Positions 10,811 through 19,290 of a stretch of 64,000 bases of DNA are shown here, in pieces. Every line of letters starts with the position of its first letter. The stretch's first letter is position 1. The stretch is from an uncultured delta proteobacterium (lineage in GTDB: Bacteria; Myxococcota; Myxococcia; Myxococcales; Anaeromyxobacteraceae). The translations under genes were made by a program, and so were the position numbers. The stretch is from positions 256,001 through 320,000 of the forward strand of contig CAWFDF010000014.1 of assembly GCA_963814585.1 (NCBI GenBank), given 5' to 3'. Under the pieces are notes generated by a model. It did no database searches and had not been told where the DNA came from. It saw only the letters and a list, made by a program, of their open reading frames with translations.

Positions 10811-12627
10811 TCAGGCGGGCCTGGCCTGGCCGCCGGCCGGAGGCGCCTCGGCGCGCCTCCAGAAGCGCCGCGGCGCCAGGGCCAAGGCCATCAGGGCCAG
10901 CTGCGAGGCGCAGAAGGCCGCGAGCGACCAGAAGGCCTTGTCCATGAAGCCGTAGGAGTGGAGCCCAACGCCCAGCATGTTGACGCCGAACCAGGAGAAG
11001 CGCGGTGATGACGTTGCCGAAGATGGCCATGGTCATGATGCCGCGGTCTGGCGCACGTAGCCGCCCCAGCGGGCGTGCAGGATGACGGCGTTCCAGAGCA
11101 CGATGAGCAGGGCGCCGTTCTCCTTGGGATCCCAGCCCCAGAACCGGCCCCACGACTGGTCGGCCCAGATGCCGCCGAGCACGGTGCCGACGAAGCTGAA
11201 GAAGAGCGCGAAGCAGATGACCCCGTAGACCATCGACACCAGCGCCTTGTCGGTGGCCGGCAGGAGCCTCGGCGCCAGGTGCTTGCGCAGCGCCCAGCCG
11301 ATGGCGATGGCCGCCGGCCAGGAAGGTCGCCGGAGTAGCCGATGGTGATGATGGTCACGTGGGTCGCCAGCCAGAAGTTGGAGTCGAGCACCGCCCGCAT
11401 CATCTCCATGGTGTCGCCGTCACCGGTCAGGTGGTGCGCCACGATCAGCGAGGCGAAGCCGACCGAGGCGGCCACCGCGGTGCCGAAGCCCTTGCGGTAC
11501 ATGCGCTCGAGGATCACGCCGAGCACCACCGCGCCCCAGCCGACGAAGACCGCGGACGAGTAGAGGTTGGTGACCGGCGGGCGTCCCTGCAGGATGACCC
11601 GCGAGACCAGCCCGCCGGTGTGGACGATGGTGCCGGCGAGGAGCAGCGCGAAGGCCGAGGACTGCAGCAGCTCCGGTCGCCAGAGCCAGGAGGCGAAGAC
11701 CAGCAGCAGGGCCGCCACGTAGATGACCATGCCGGAGTAGAAGGGATCGACGCGGTTGAAGGCGATCTCGTGGTCGCCCTGCGCCACCGCCTCGGGCTTG
11801 GCCGCCACGCCAAAGGCCCGCAGCTCGGCCACGGCGGCGTTGAAGCCGGCCACGTCGCCGGCGCTCCAGGCCGCGCCGACCCTGGCCAGGGTGGCCAGCC
11901 CGGCGTCGGCCCGGCCCCCCCCGGCGGCGTCCCGCAGCGCCTCGCCGACGCTGCGCCAGCCGGCCTGCAGGTCGCCCTGCGGCGGCAGCGGCCGGAAGAA
12001 GGCGGCGCCGGCGAGGAGCGCGTGGCGCTGGCTCGCCGTGGGCTCGGTCACCGCCGCCAGCTCCGCGGCCAGCGGCCGGTTGCCCGGCACCTGCACGGTG
12101 TTCTGCAGCCGCAGGTAGAGGTCGATCCGCTGGTAGAGGTTGACCACCGCCCCCTGGAAGCGGCTCCGCTGCTTCGGGTCGATGGGCTCGGCCACCGCGG
12201 CCTGGTTCTGGATCTCGCCGAGGTACGGGCGGATGTCCCGGAAGGCGAAGTAGCGGTTGGACTGGGAGAGCTTCTGCCCGATCAGCGAGAGCACGTCCGG
12301 ATCGTTGATGACGAAGGCCGGCTGGGCGTCCGCCACCTCGGGCCGGAAGAGGACGTCGAGGATCCACTCGTCGGCCCCCACGGTGTGGGCCCTCTTCTGC
12401 CCGCCGGCCTCCTCCTCGAAGCGGAAGCTCATCTGGCTGCGGATCATCAGCAGCGAGTTGCGGGCCACCGAGTCGATGGGCTTGATGCGCCCGCCCTCCA
12501 GCACCGGCAGCCGCCCGAAGGCGTCCACGTCCATCCCGCGCACCGGCGGGGCCGGCCGCAGCCCGGAGGCGACCCACGCCAGCGCCAGCGCCCCCACCAC
12601 CCACGGCCCGTACTTGGCGAGCTTCAT
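10811..12627 (-). CDS. ccsA: Cytochrome c biogenesis protein CcsA/ResC (long form), frameshifted as sequenced
   Basis: GRPPVTNLY, LDSNFWLATHV, the WWD domain WADQSWGRFWGWDPKE and GVGLHSYG are spread over several frames. Indels near 11330, 11313, 11048 and 11001. Confidence 0.88.
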
Positions 12628-12628
12628 G

Positions 12629-13801
12629 TCATGCCTCCGCGGCGGCACGCCGCCTGAGCGCCCTGCGCAGGGAGATGCCGAAGTGGACCATCAGCCCGAT
12701 CCCGACCAGCACGCAGGAGATGTAGGGGAGCAGCCAGCCCGGGTTCTCCACCACCTGGAGGATGGAGAGCGTGTCGTTCTTGCCGAAGCTGGACTGGTAG
12801 AAGGCCTTGCCGCCGTAGCGCAGCGGCTGGTTCATGTAGATGAGGACGTCGCGGGACTCGCCCTCCCTCGGGTTGGAGAGGTGCACCAGGCTGGAGAAGT
12901 TCTTGGGGATGGTGGTCCCCTCGTAGACGTCGTGGCTGAAGTTCTTCAGCGTCATCGAGTAGGGGAGGTACTGGCGCCGGGGGCGCATCGCCATCGAATA
13001 GGTGCGCCCCTCGTGGATGAACCCCTGCGGCGCGCCGAGCTGGCCGGAGACCAGCCAGGCGCCGTAGCTGCGCCCGCCCGCCACCGGCTCCACCACCGCC
13101 GCCGGGACGTTGATGCGGTCGTCGGCGACCACCGCCCGGAGCGGCTGGACCGCCACGCCGGCGCCGACCCCCATGTTGGCGACCGGCTGGAACCCCGGGG
13201 CCGCCATGGAGAGCTGCGCGTTCTCCCAGTAGCGGCGGACCCGGAGGACCAGCGGCGTGCCCGGGACCTGCACCAGCCCGCCGTCGGCCAGCAGGCCCTC
13301 GGGGATGGAGTGGACCACGTCCCAGGCCGGATCGGTGGCGTCGACGACCACCAGCTCCTGCTCGCGCGTGTGCTCGACGTAGTTGACCGTCTGCCCCTCC
13401 TCGATGGCCAGCTGGGTCTCGACCTGGAAGACGCCGGTGACGAACTCGCCGACGAAGAGCAGGATCAGGCCGGCGTGCACGATCCAGATGCCGGCCTTCT
13501 TCCAGGAACGCTCCAGCCGCTGGCCCTGGGCCGCGGCCAGGTTCACCATCAGCACCAGGCCCACCAGCGCCCCGCCGGGGAAGACCGCGAGCGACCAGCC
13601 GGTGCCGGGGACCTGCCACCAGACCAGGAAGCTGCGCATGTAGAGGTTGACGGCGCCGAGGACGCCGAGCTGGACCTGCGCCAGCGTGCAGGCCACCACC
13701 AGCGCCATGAGGAGCGCCAGGCAGACGATGGTGAGCTTGAGGGACGTCAGCACGTCCCAGAGCCGGTGCGCGGCGAAGCTGGCGGAGTTGGACTCAGTCA
13801 C
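12629..13801 (-). CDS. resB: Cytochrome c biogenesis protein ResB/Ccs1 family
   Basis: LTSLKLTIV, IVHAGLILL, PKNFSS and IYMNQPLRYGGKAFYQSSF motifs. Directly upstream of ccsA. Confidence 0.88.
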   Translation of the reverse strand: MTESNSASFAAHRLWDVLTSLKLTIVCLALLMALVVACTLAQVQLGVLGAVNLYMRSFLVWWQVPGTGWSLAVFPGGALVGLVLMVNLAAAQGQRLERSWKKAGIWIVHAGLILLFVGEFVTGVFQVETQLAIEEGQTVNYVEHTREQELVVVDATDPAWDVVHSIPEGLLADGGLVQVPGTPLVLRVRRYWENAQLSMAAPGFQPVANMGVGAGVAVQPLRAVVADDRINVPAAVVEPVAGGRSYGAWLVSGQLGAPQGFIHEGRTYSMAMRPRRQYLPYSMTLKNFSHDVYEGTTIPKNFSSLVHLSNPREGESRDVLIYMNQPLRYGGKAFYQSSFGKNDTLSILQVVENPGWLLPYISCVLVGIGLMVHFGISLRRALRRRAAAEA

Positions 13802-14477
13802 GGTGGAGGCTCTCCAGCAGCTTGAGGAAGGCGGGGCGGGCGGCGGCGACCGGCTCGGCGTCACCGGTCAGCTTGAAGAACCAGGAGCTGCCGTCGACCA
13901 TGAGGATGGCGGCGATGAGGCGGCTCTTCCTGGTCCCCTCGCTGGTGAAGTCGTAGACGTTGGCCGGGCCGACCCTCGTCCTGAGCGAGGTGCGGGCCGC
14001 GGCGAGCCCGGCCGCGTCGGTGGGGCCGAGGCCAATCTGGCCGCGCCACCGGTTCACGTTGGCCAGCTCGCCGCCGGCGTCTCCGGGCAGCGTCACCACC
14101 GAGCCGTCGATGGTCCCGGCGCCCGGGACCTTGAAGGTGGCGAAGCGCATGCCGCCCGGGAAGCTCTGGCCCCAGCCACCCGGCAGCGACCACTTGAGCG
14201 CGTCGGCGCCGCTCGGCGTCGGTGGCATGGGGACGTCCCCGGCCATGCCGGGGGGAGGGGCCTGGGGCGGTGCCGGACGGTGGGACGTGCCAACCGGGTC
14301 ACCGCCGGCGGCCTGGGCGGCCGGCGGAACGGCCTTGGCGACGCGGTAGCTGGTCACCTCGTCGCGCCGGCAGCCGCCCACGACGAGGAGCATGGCGCCG
14401 GCCACCAGCCAGGCACCCCGCCCGGGCGAGCGGGGTGCGTCGAGCCGAGGCTGGAAGGCGTGGTCATCCGGGTGCAT
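13794..14477 (-). CDS. Hypothetical lipoprotein, first gene of the resB-ccsA operon
   Basis: ATG at 14477 with an AGGAG RBS. Lipobox VVGGC, NVNRWRGQIGL and WFFKLTG. Overlaps the resB start by 8 bp. Confidence 0.75.
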   Translation of the reverse strand: MHPDDHAFQPRLDAPRSPGRGAWLVAGAMLLVVGGCRRDEVTSYRVAKAVPPAAQAAGGDPVGTSHRPAPPQAPPPGMAGDVPMPPTPSGADALKWSLPGGWGQSFPGGMRFATFKVPGAGTIDGSVVTLPGDAGGELANVNRWRGQIGLGPTDAAGLAAARTSLRTRVGPANVYDFTSEGTRKSRLIAAILMVDGSSWFFKLTGDAEPVAAARPAFLKLLESLHRD

Positions 14478-14532
14478 CGAAGCTCCTGGTGGAGGATTTT
14501 CCGGTTCGGGCGGCGGGACATTACGCTGGAGC

Positions 14533-14546
14533 CTGATCCTGATCAA
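14533..14546. promoter_or_regulatory. Possible FNR/Crp-family box
   Basis: The minus strand reads TTGATcaggATCAG, 9 of 10 matches to TTGAT-N4-ATCAA, between the divergent ccs operon and the DAHP synthase gene. Confidence 0.35.
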
Positions 14547-14647
14547 CCGGCCCGGCCTGGTTCTAATCCCACGGCCCAAGGGTGCAATACGACTTGGGAT
14601 CGGCTATGCCAGAACAGGATTCGATCCCCCCCCCGGAGTGCGTCCAG

Positions 14648-15724
14648 ATGCAGCAGACCGAGAACCTCAACGTAGCGGCGTTCGACCTCATGCCCTCCCC
14701 GGACGAGGTCCACGCCCGGGTGCCGCTCTCCGAGCAGGCGGCGGCCACCGTGGTCGCCGGCCGCCGGGCCGTGGAGGCCATCCTCGACGGCCGCGACCCG
14801 CGCCTCTTCGCGGTGGTCGGTCCCTGCTCGATCCACGATCCGGTCGCGGGCCTCGACTACGCCCGCCGCCTCCGCGGGCTGGCCGACGAGCTGGCCGACA
14901 CCCTGGTGCTGGTGATGCGCGTCTACTTCGAGAAGCCGCGGACCTCGCTGGGCTGGAAGGGGTTCATCAACGACCCCAATCTCGACGACTCCTTCCGGGT
15001 CGACGAGGGCATGGAGAAGGCCCGCAAGTTCCTGCTCGACGTCAACGAGCTGGGGCTGCCGGCCGGCACCGAGGCGCTCGACCCCATCGCCCCCCAGTAC
15101 TACATGGACCTGGTCAGCTGGACCGCCATCGGGGCCCGGACCTCGGAGTCGCAGACCCACCGCGAGATGTCGTCGGGCCTCTCCACCCCGGTCGGCTTCA
15201 AGAACGGCACCGACGGCGACGTCGACGCCGCGGTCAACGCCATCCTCTCCGCCAGCGGCGCCCACGCCTTCCTCGGCGTCAACGGCCAGGGGAGGACCGC
15301 CATCATCCGCACCCGCGGCAACCGCTACGGTCACGTGGTGCTCCGCGGCGGCGGCGGCCGCTCCAACTACGACTCGCTGTCCATCTCGCTCGCCGAGCAG
15401 GCGCTCACCAAGGCCAGGCTGCCGCGCAACCTGGTGGTCGACTGCTCGCACGCCAACTCGCTCAAGAAGCCCGAGCTCCAGCCGCTGGTGCTGCGCGACG
15501 TGGTGCACCAGATCCGCGACGGCAACCGCTCCATCGTCGGCGTGATGGTGGAGAGCTTCATCGAGGCGGGGAACCAGCCCATCCCCGCCGACCTCACCCA
15601 GCTCCGCTATGGCTGCTCGGTGACCGACGGCTGCGTCGGCTGGGACACCACGGTCGAGATGCTGCGCGAGGCCCGCGCGGTGCTCAAGGACCTGCTGCCG
15701 AGGCGCCGGAGGTTCGACGGATGA
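14648..15724 (+). CDS. 3-deoxy-7-phosphoheptulonate (DAHP) synthase, class I-alpha (AroF/G/H family)
   Basis: GPCSIHD, RVYFEKPRT, AIGARTSESQTHR, GFKNGTDG, DCSHAN and YGCSVTDGC. Confidence 0.95.
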   Translation: MQQTENLNVAAFDLMPSPDEVHARVPLSEQAAATVVAGRRAVEAILDGRDPRLFAVVGPCSIHDPVAGLDYARRLRGLADELADTLVLVMRVYFEKPRTSLGWKGFINDPNLDDSFRVDEGMEKARKFLLDVNELGLPAGTEALDPIAPQYYMDLVSWTAIGARTSESQTHREMSSGLSTPVGFKNGTDGDVDAAVNAILSASGAHAFLGVNGQGRTAIIRTRGNRYGHVVLRGGGGRSNYDSLSISLAEQALTKARLPRNLVVDCSHANSLKKPELQPLVLRDVVHQIRDGNRSIVGVMVESFIEAGNQPIPADLTQLRYGCSVTDGCVGWDTTVEMLREARAVLKDLLPRRRRFDG

Positions 15725-17476
15725 GCCACGGCGGCGTGGAGGAGCCGATGCCGGAGACGAAGCCCCCTGGCGCCGAGCCGGTCGAGGTGCTGGTCAACCC
15801 CTGCGCCGAGGCCGTCGCCCGCACCATGTTCGAGGGGATGCCGATGGGCATCTCCGTCATCGACCGCGACTTCCGCATCCGGCAGGTCAACGAGTACACC
15901 GCCAGGTGGCTGAAGCGCACCCCGGAGGAGATGAGCGGGAAGCAGTGCTTCGGCCTCATCCACGACGCCGACCAGCCGTGTGCCGACTGTCCGTGCATCA
16001 CCACCTTCCGCACCGGCGAGTCGGCCACCACCGTCCACACCGGCCTCGACGCCCGGGGGGAGATCACCTACGCCGAGATCGTCTCGCTCCCGGTGCGCGA
16101 CGCCACCGGCCAGGTCACCCACGCCCTGGAGGCCATCCGGGACGTGTCCGAGCGCGAGCGCCATCTCGCCCAGCTCGGCAAGCTGGTGGACGACCTGAAG
16201 GCCTCCGACGAGCAGCTGCGGCGCCGCAACGAGGAGCTGGAGATCCTCAACGGCCTCATGCTCCGCGCCGGCGGTCCGCTGCGGATGACCGACCTGCTCG
16301 ACGCCCTGCTCTCGGCCGCGCTGCGCGTCGCCGGCCCGGCCGCCACCGGCGGGATCTTCCTGCTCGACGAGGCCCGGCGCGAGCTGCGGTTGGCCGCCAC
16401 CCGCGGGCTGGACGCCGACTTCGTGGCCCGGGAGCGCTCGGTGAGGCTGGGCGAGTGCCTCTGCGGCGAGGCCGCCCTCTCCGGCGACCTGGTCATCACC
16501 GGGCCGGGCCAGGACGCGCACCACACCCGGCCGGTCCACGGCGCCCACGGCCACGTCGTCATCCCCCTCACCTCCCATGAGCAGGTGCTGGGGGTGCTCT
16601 TCATCCACCTGCCGCAGGGCCAGGCCGCGCCGCCCCAGGAGCGGGAGCGGCTCTTCCGGCTGATGGGGCGACAGAATCGGCATCTCCATCGAGAACGCCC
16701 AGCTCTACCAGCGCACCGACGCCCAGCTCCACCAGAAGGTGGGGGAGCTGACCCGGGCCCTCTCCACGGTGGAGCGGGAGCGGGCCCGCGCCGAGCAGAG
16801 CGAGCGGATCAAGGAGGAGTTCGTCTCCATGGTCTCGCACGACCTGCGCTCGCCGCTCACCGTGATCCTCGCCGACTCGGGCGACTACGCCTCGGCCTGC
16901 CGGGATCCCGCCTGCGTCGAGTCCCGGGCCTCGGTCCGGCAGTCGGCGCGCCGCATGGCGGTGATGCTCAACGAGCTGGTCGACTCGGCGCGGCTGGAGT
17001 CCGGGACGCTCGAGCTGCACCGGGAGGCCATCGCCCTCCCCGACCTGCTGCGCGGACTGGCCCTCCAGAGCTTCGCGGTCCACGAGCGGTCCCGGCTGCG
17101 GCTCGCCGATCCCCTCCCGGAGGCGCAGGTGGCGGGCGATCGCTCCTGGCTGGAGCGCGCCCTGGTCAACGTCATCGGCAACGCCATCAAGTACGCCCCC
17201 GACGACAGCCCGATCCGGATCGCGCTGGCCGTCGAGGGCGAGTGCGCCGTGGTGACGGTGACCGACCAGGGGCCCGGCATCCCCCCTGACGAGCTGCCCA
17301 TGGTCTTCCAGCGCTTCTACCGGGCCTCCAACACCCGGCGGCGCGTCGACGGCTCCGGGCTGGGCCTCTTCATCGCCCGGAAGGTGGTGGAGGCCCACGG
17401 CGGCGAGGCCTCGGTCCATGGCGCCGAGGGCGGCGGCACCACCATCCGCTTCAGGCTGCCGCTGCACGCCGGCTGA
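15721..17476 (+). CDS. PAS-GAF sensor histidine kinase, with a +1 frameshift near 16675
   Basis: PAS and GAF in one frame. Removing one A from cagaatcggc restores QIGISIENAQLY and joins HisKA (SHDLRSPL) and HATPase (NAIKY, DQGPGI, GSGLGL). Confidence 0.85.
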
Positions 17477-17554
17477 ACGGCGGACGGAGGCGTCCGCCCG
17501 GCGAAGCCAGGCAGCGTGCGCCGCAGCAGGGCTCGGGCCAGGTGAGTGGCGCCA

Positions 17555-19183
17555 TCACGCGGCCCGGACCACCACGCCGCTGGCGGTCTCGGCGAAGGCG
17601 AGCTCGGGGTGGAACTTCTCGGCGGTGCGGAGCGCCCAGTCGCGATCGAAGAGGACCACCAGCCGATCGCGGACGTCGAGCACCACCTGGCCCTCCACCG
17701 CCGCGGCCAGCTCGTCGGGGGTCAGCGGCGCGCCGTCGACGCGGCTGGCCCAGCGGGCCAGCTGCCAGGGCACGGCCTCGACGCGCACCTCGACGCCGTA
17801 CTCGGCCTCGAGCCGGTACTTCACGACCTCGAACTGGAGCTGCCCGAGGGCGCCCAGCACCAGGTCGCCGTAGCGGCCGGCCGGCGGCCGGTAGAGCTGC
17901 ACCGTCCCCTCCTGGGCCAGCTGCTCGATGCCGGTGCTGAACTGCTTCCGCCGCATCGGGTCGACCAGCGCCAGCCGCCGGAAGTGCTCGGGCGCGAAGC
18001 TGGGGATGCCCTCGAAGGCGAAGCCGGAGCCGCCGGTGAGCGTGTCCCCGATCTCGAAGGTGCCGGTGTCGTGGAGCCCCACCACGTCGCCGGCGTAGGA
18101 CTCCTCCACCGTGGCCCGATCGCGGGCCAGGAACTGGGTCGGGTTGGCGAGCCGGACGTCCCGGCCGCTGCGGACGTGGTGGACCTTCATCCCCTTCACC
18201 AGCTTCCCCGAGCAGATCCGCACGAAGGCCACCCGGTCGCGGTGGGCCTTGTCCATGTTCGCCTGGATCTTGAAGACGAAGCCGGAGAACTCGCCGCTGG
18301 CCGGATCCACCAGCCCCTGATCCGAGCGGCGCGGGCTGGGGGAGGGCATCAGCTCGCAGAAGGTCTCGAGGAAGGCCTCCAGCCCGAAGTTGTTGACGGC
18401 CGAGCCGAAGAACATGGGCGAGAGCTCGCCGGCCAGGAACTTCTCCTCGTGGAAGCCGTCGCCGGCGGCGTCGAGCAGCTCGGCGTCGTGGCGGAGCTGG
18501 TCGTAGCCGCGCTGGTCGAGCGCCTCGCGCACGAGGGGATCGTCGATGCCGGTCACCTCCACCGGCGGGCGCTCCGCGCCGCTGGTGGAGGAGGAGTTGG
18601 CGCGGTCCGACTCGAACAGGTACACGCGCCGGCGGAGGCGGTGGTAGACGCCGCGGAAGGTGCCGGCGCGGAAGATGGGCCAGGTGACCGGGTAGACGCC
18701 GATGCCGAGGACGCTCTCCACCTCGCCCACCAGCTCGAAGGCGTCCCGGCCGGGCCGATCCAGCTTGTTGACGAAGGTGAAGATGGGGATCGACCGCTGC
18801 CGGCAGACGCGGAAGAGCTTGCGGGTCTGGGACTCGACGCCCTTGGCGCAGTCGAGCAGCATCACCGCGCCGTCGACGGCGTGGAGCGTCCGGTAGGTAT
18901 CCTCGGAGAAGTCGGCGTGGCCCGGGGTGTCGAGCAGGTTGAGCTGGAGCCCGCGGTAGGGGAAGGCCAGCACCGAGGTGGTGATGGAGATGCCCCGCTC
19001 CCGCTCCATCTCCATCCAGTCGGAGACCGCGTTGGCGCGCCCGCGCTTGGCCTTGACGGCGCCGGCCAGCTGGATGACGCCGCCGTAGAGCAGCAGCTTC
19101 TCGGTCAGCGTGGTCTTGCCGGCGTCGGGGTGCGAGATGATCGCGAAGGTCCGGCGTCGGCCGACCTCGTGCTGGGCGCTCAT
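17555..19183 (-). CDS. prfC: Peptide chain release factor 3
   Basis: RRTFAIISHPDAGKTTLTEKLL, DTPGHADFSEDTYR and FKIQANMD..HRDR. Confidence 0.97.
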   Translation of the reverse strand: MSAQHEVGRRRTFAIISHPDAGKTTLTEKLLLYGGVIQLAGAVKAKRGRANAVSDWMEMERERGISITTSVLAFPYRGLQLNLLDTPGHADFSEDTYRTLHAVDGAVMLLDCAKGVESQTRKLFRVCRQRSIPIFTFVNKLDRPGRDAFELVGEVESVLGIGVYPVTWPIFRAGTFRGVYHRLRRRVYLFESDRANSSSTSGAERPPVEVTGIDDPLVREALDQRGYDQLRHDAELLDAAGDGFHEEKFLAGELSPMFFGSAVNNFGLEAFLETFCELMPSPSPRRSDQGLVDPASGEFSGFVFKIQANMDKAHRDRVAFVRICSGKLVKGMKVHHVRSGRDVRLANPTQFLARDRATVEESYAGDVVGLHDTGTFEIGDTLTGGSGFAFEGIPSFAPEHFRRLALVDPMRRKQFSTGIEQLAQEGTVQLYRPPAGRYGDLVLGALGQLQFEVVKYRLEAEYGVEVRVEAVPWQLARWASRVDGAPLTPDELAAAVEGQVVLDVRDRLVVLFDRDWALRTAEKFHPELAFAETASGVVVRAA

Positions 19184-19290
19184 GGACTCCTCGTGGAAAA
19201 TGCGGGCCCCCGGACCGCGTGGGCGGCCGGGGGCGACGGTCCTCTAGCACATCCCGGCCGGGGCCGTCAGGCCCGGGCCCCCGGGGTCGC

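Noticed and set aside
14617..14634. ggattcgatccccc resembling a tRNA T-arm, plus a C9 run
   Set aside because: No cloverleaf can be built. The homopolymer is upstream of the likely start, with no evidence of phase variation.
16665..16685. Programmed frameshift in the histidine kinase
   Set aside because: No slippery heptamer is present, and the same +1 pattern occurs in several unrelated genes.
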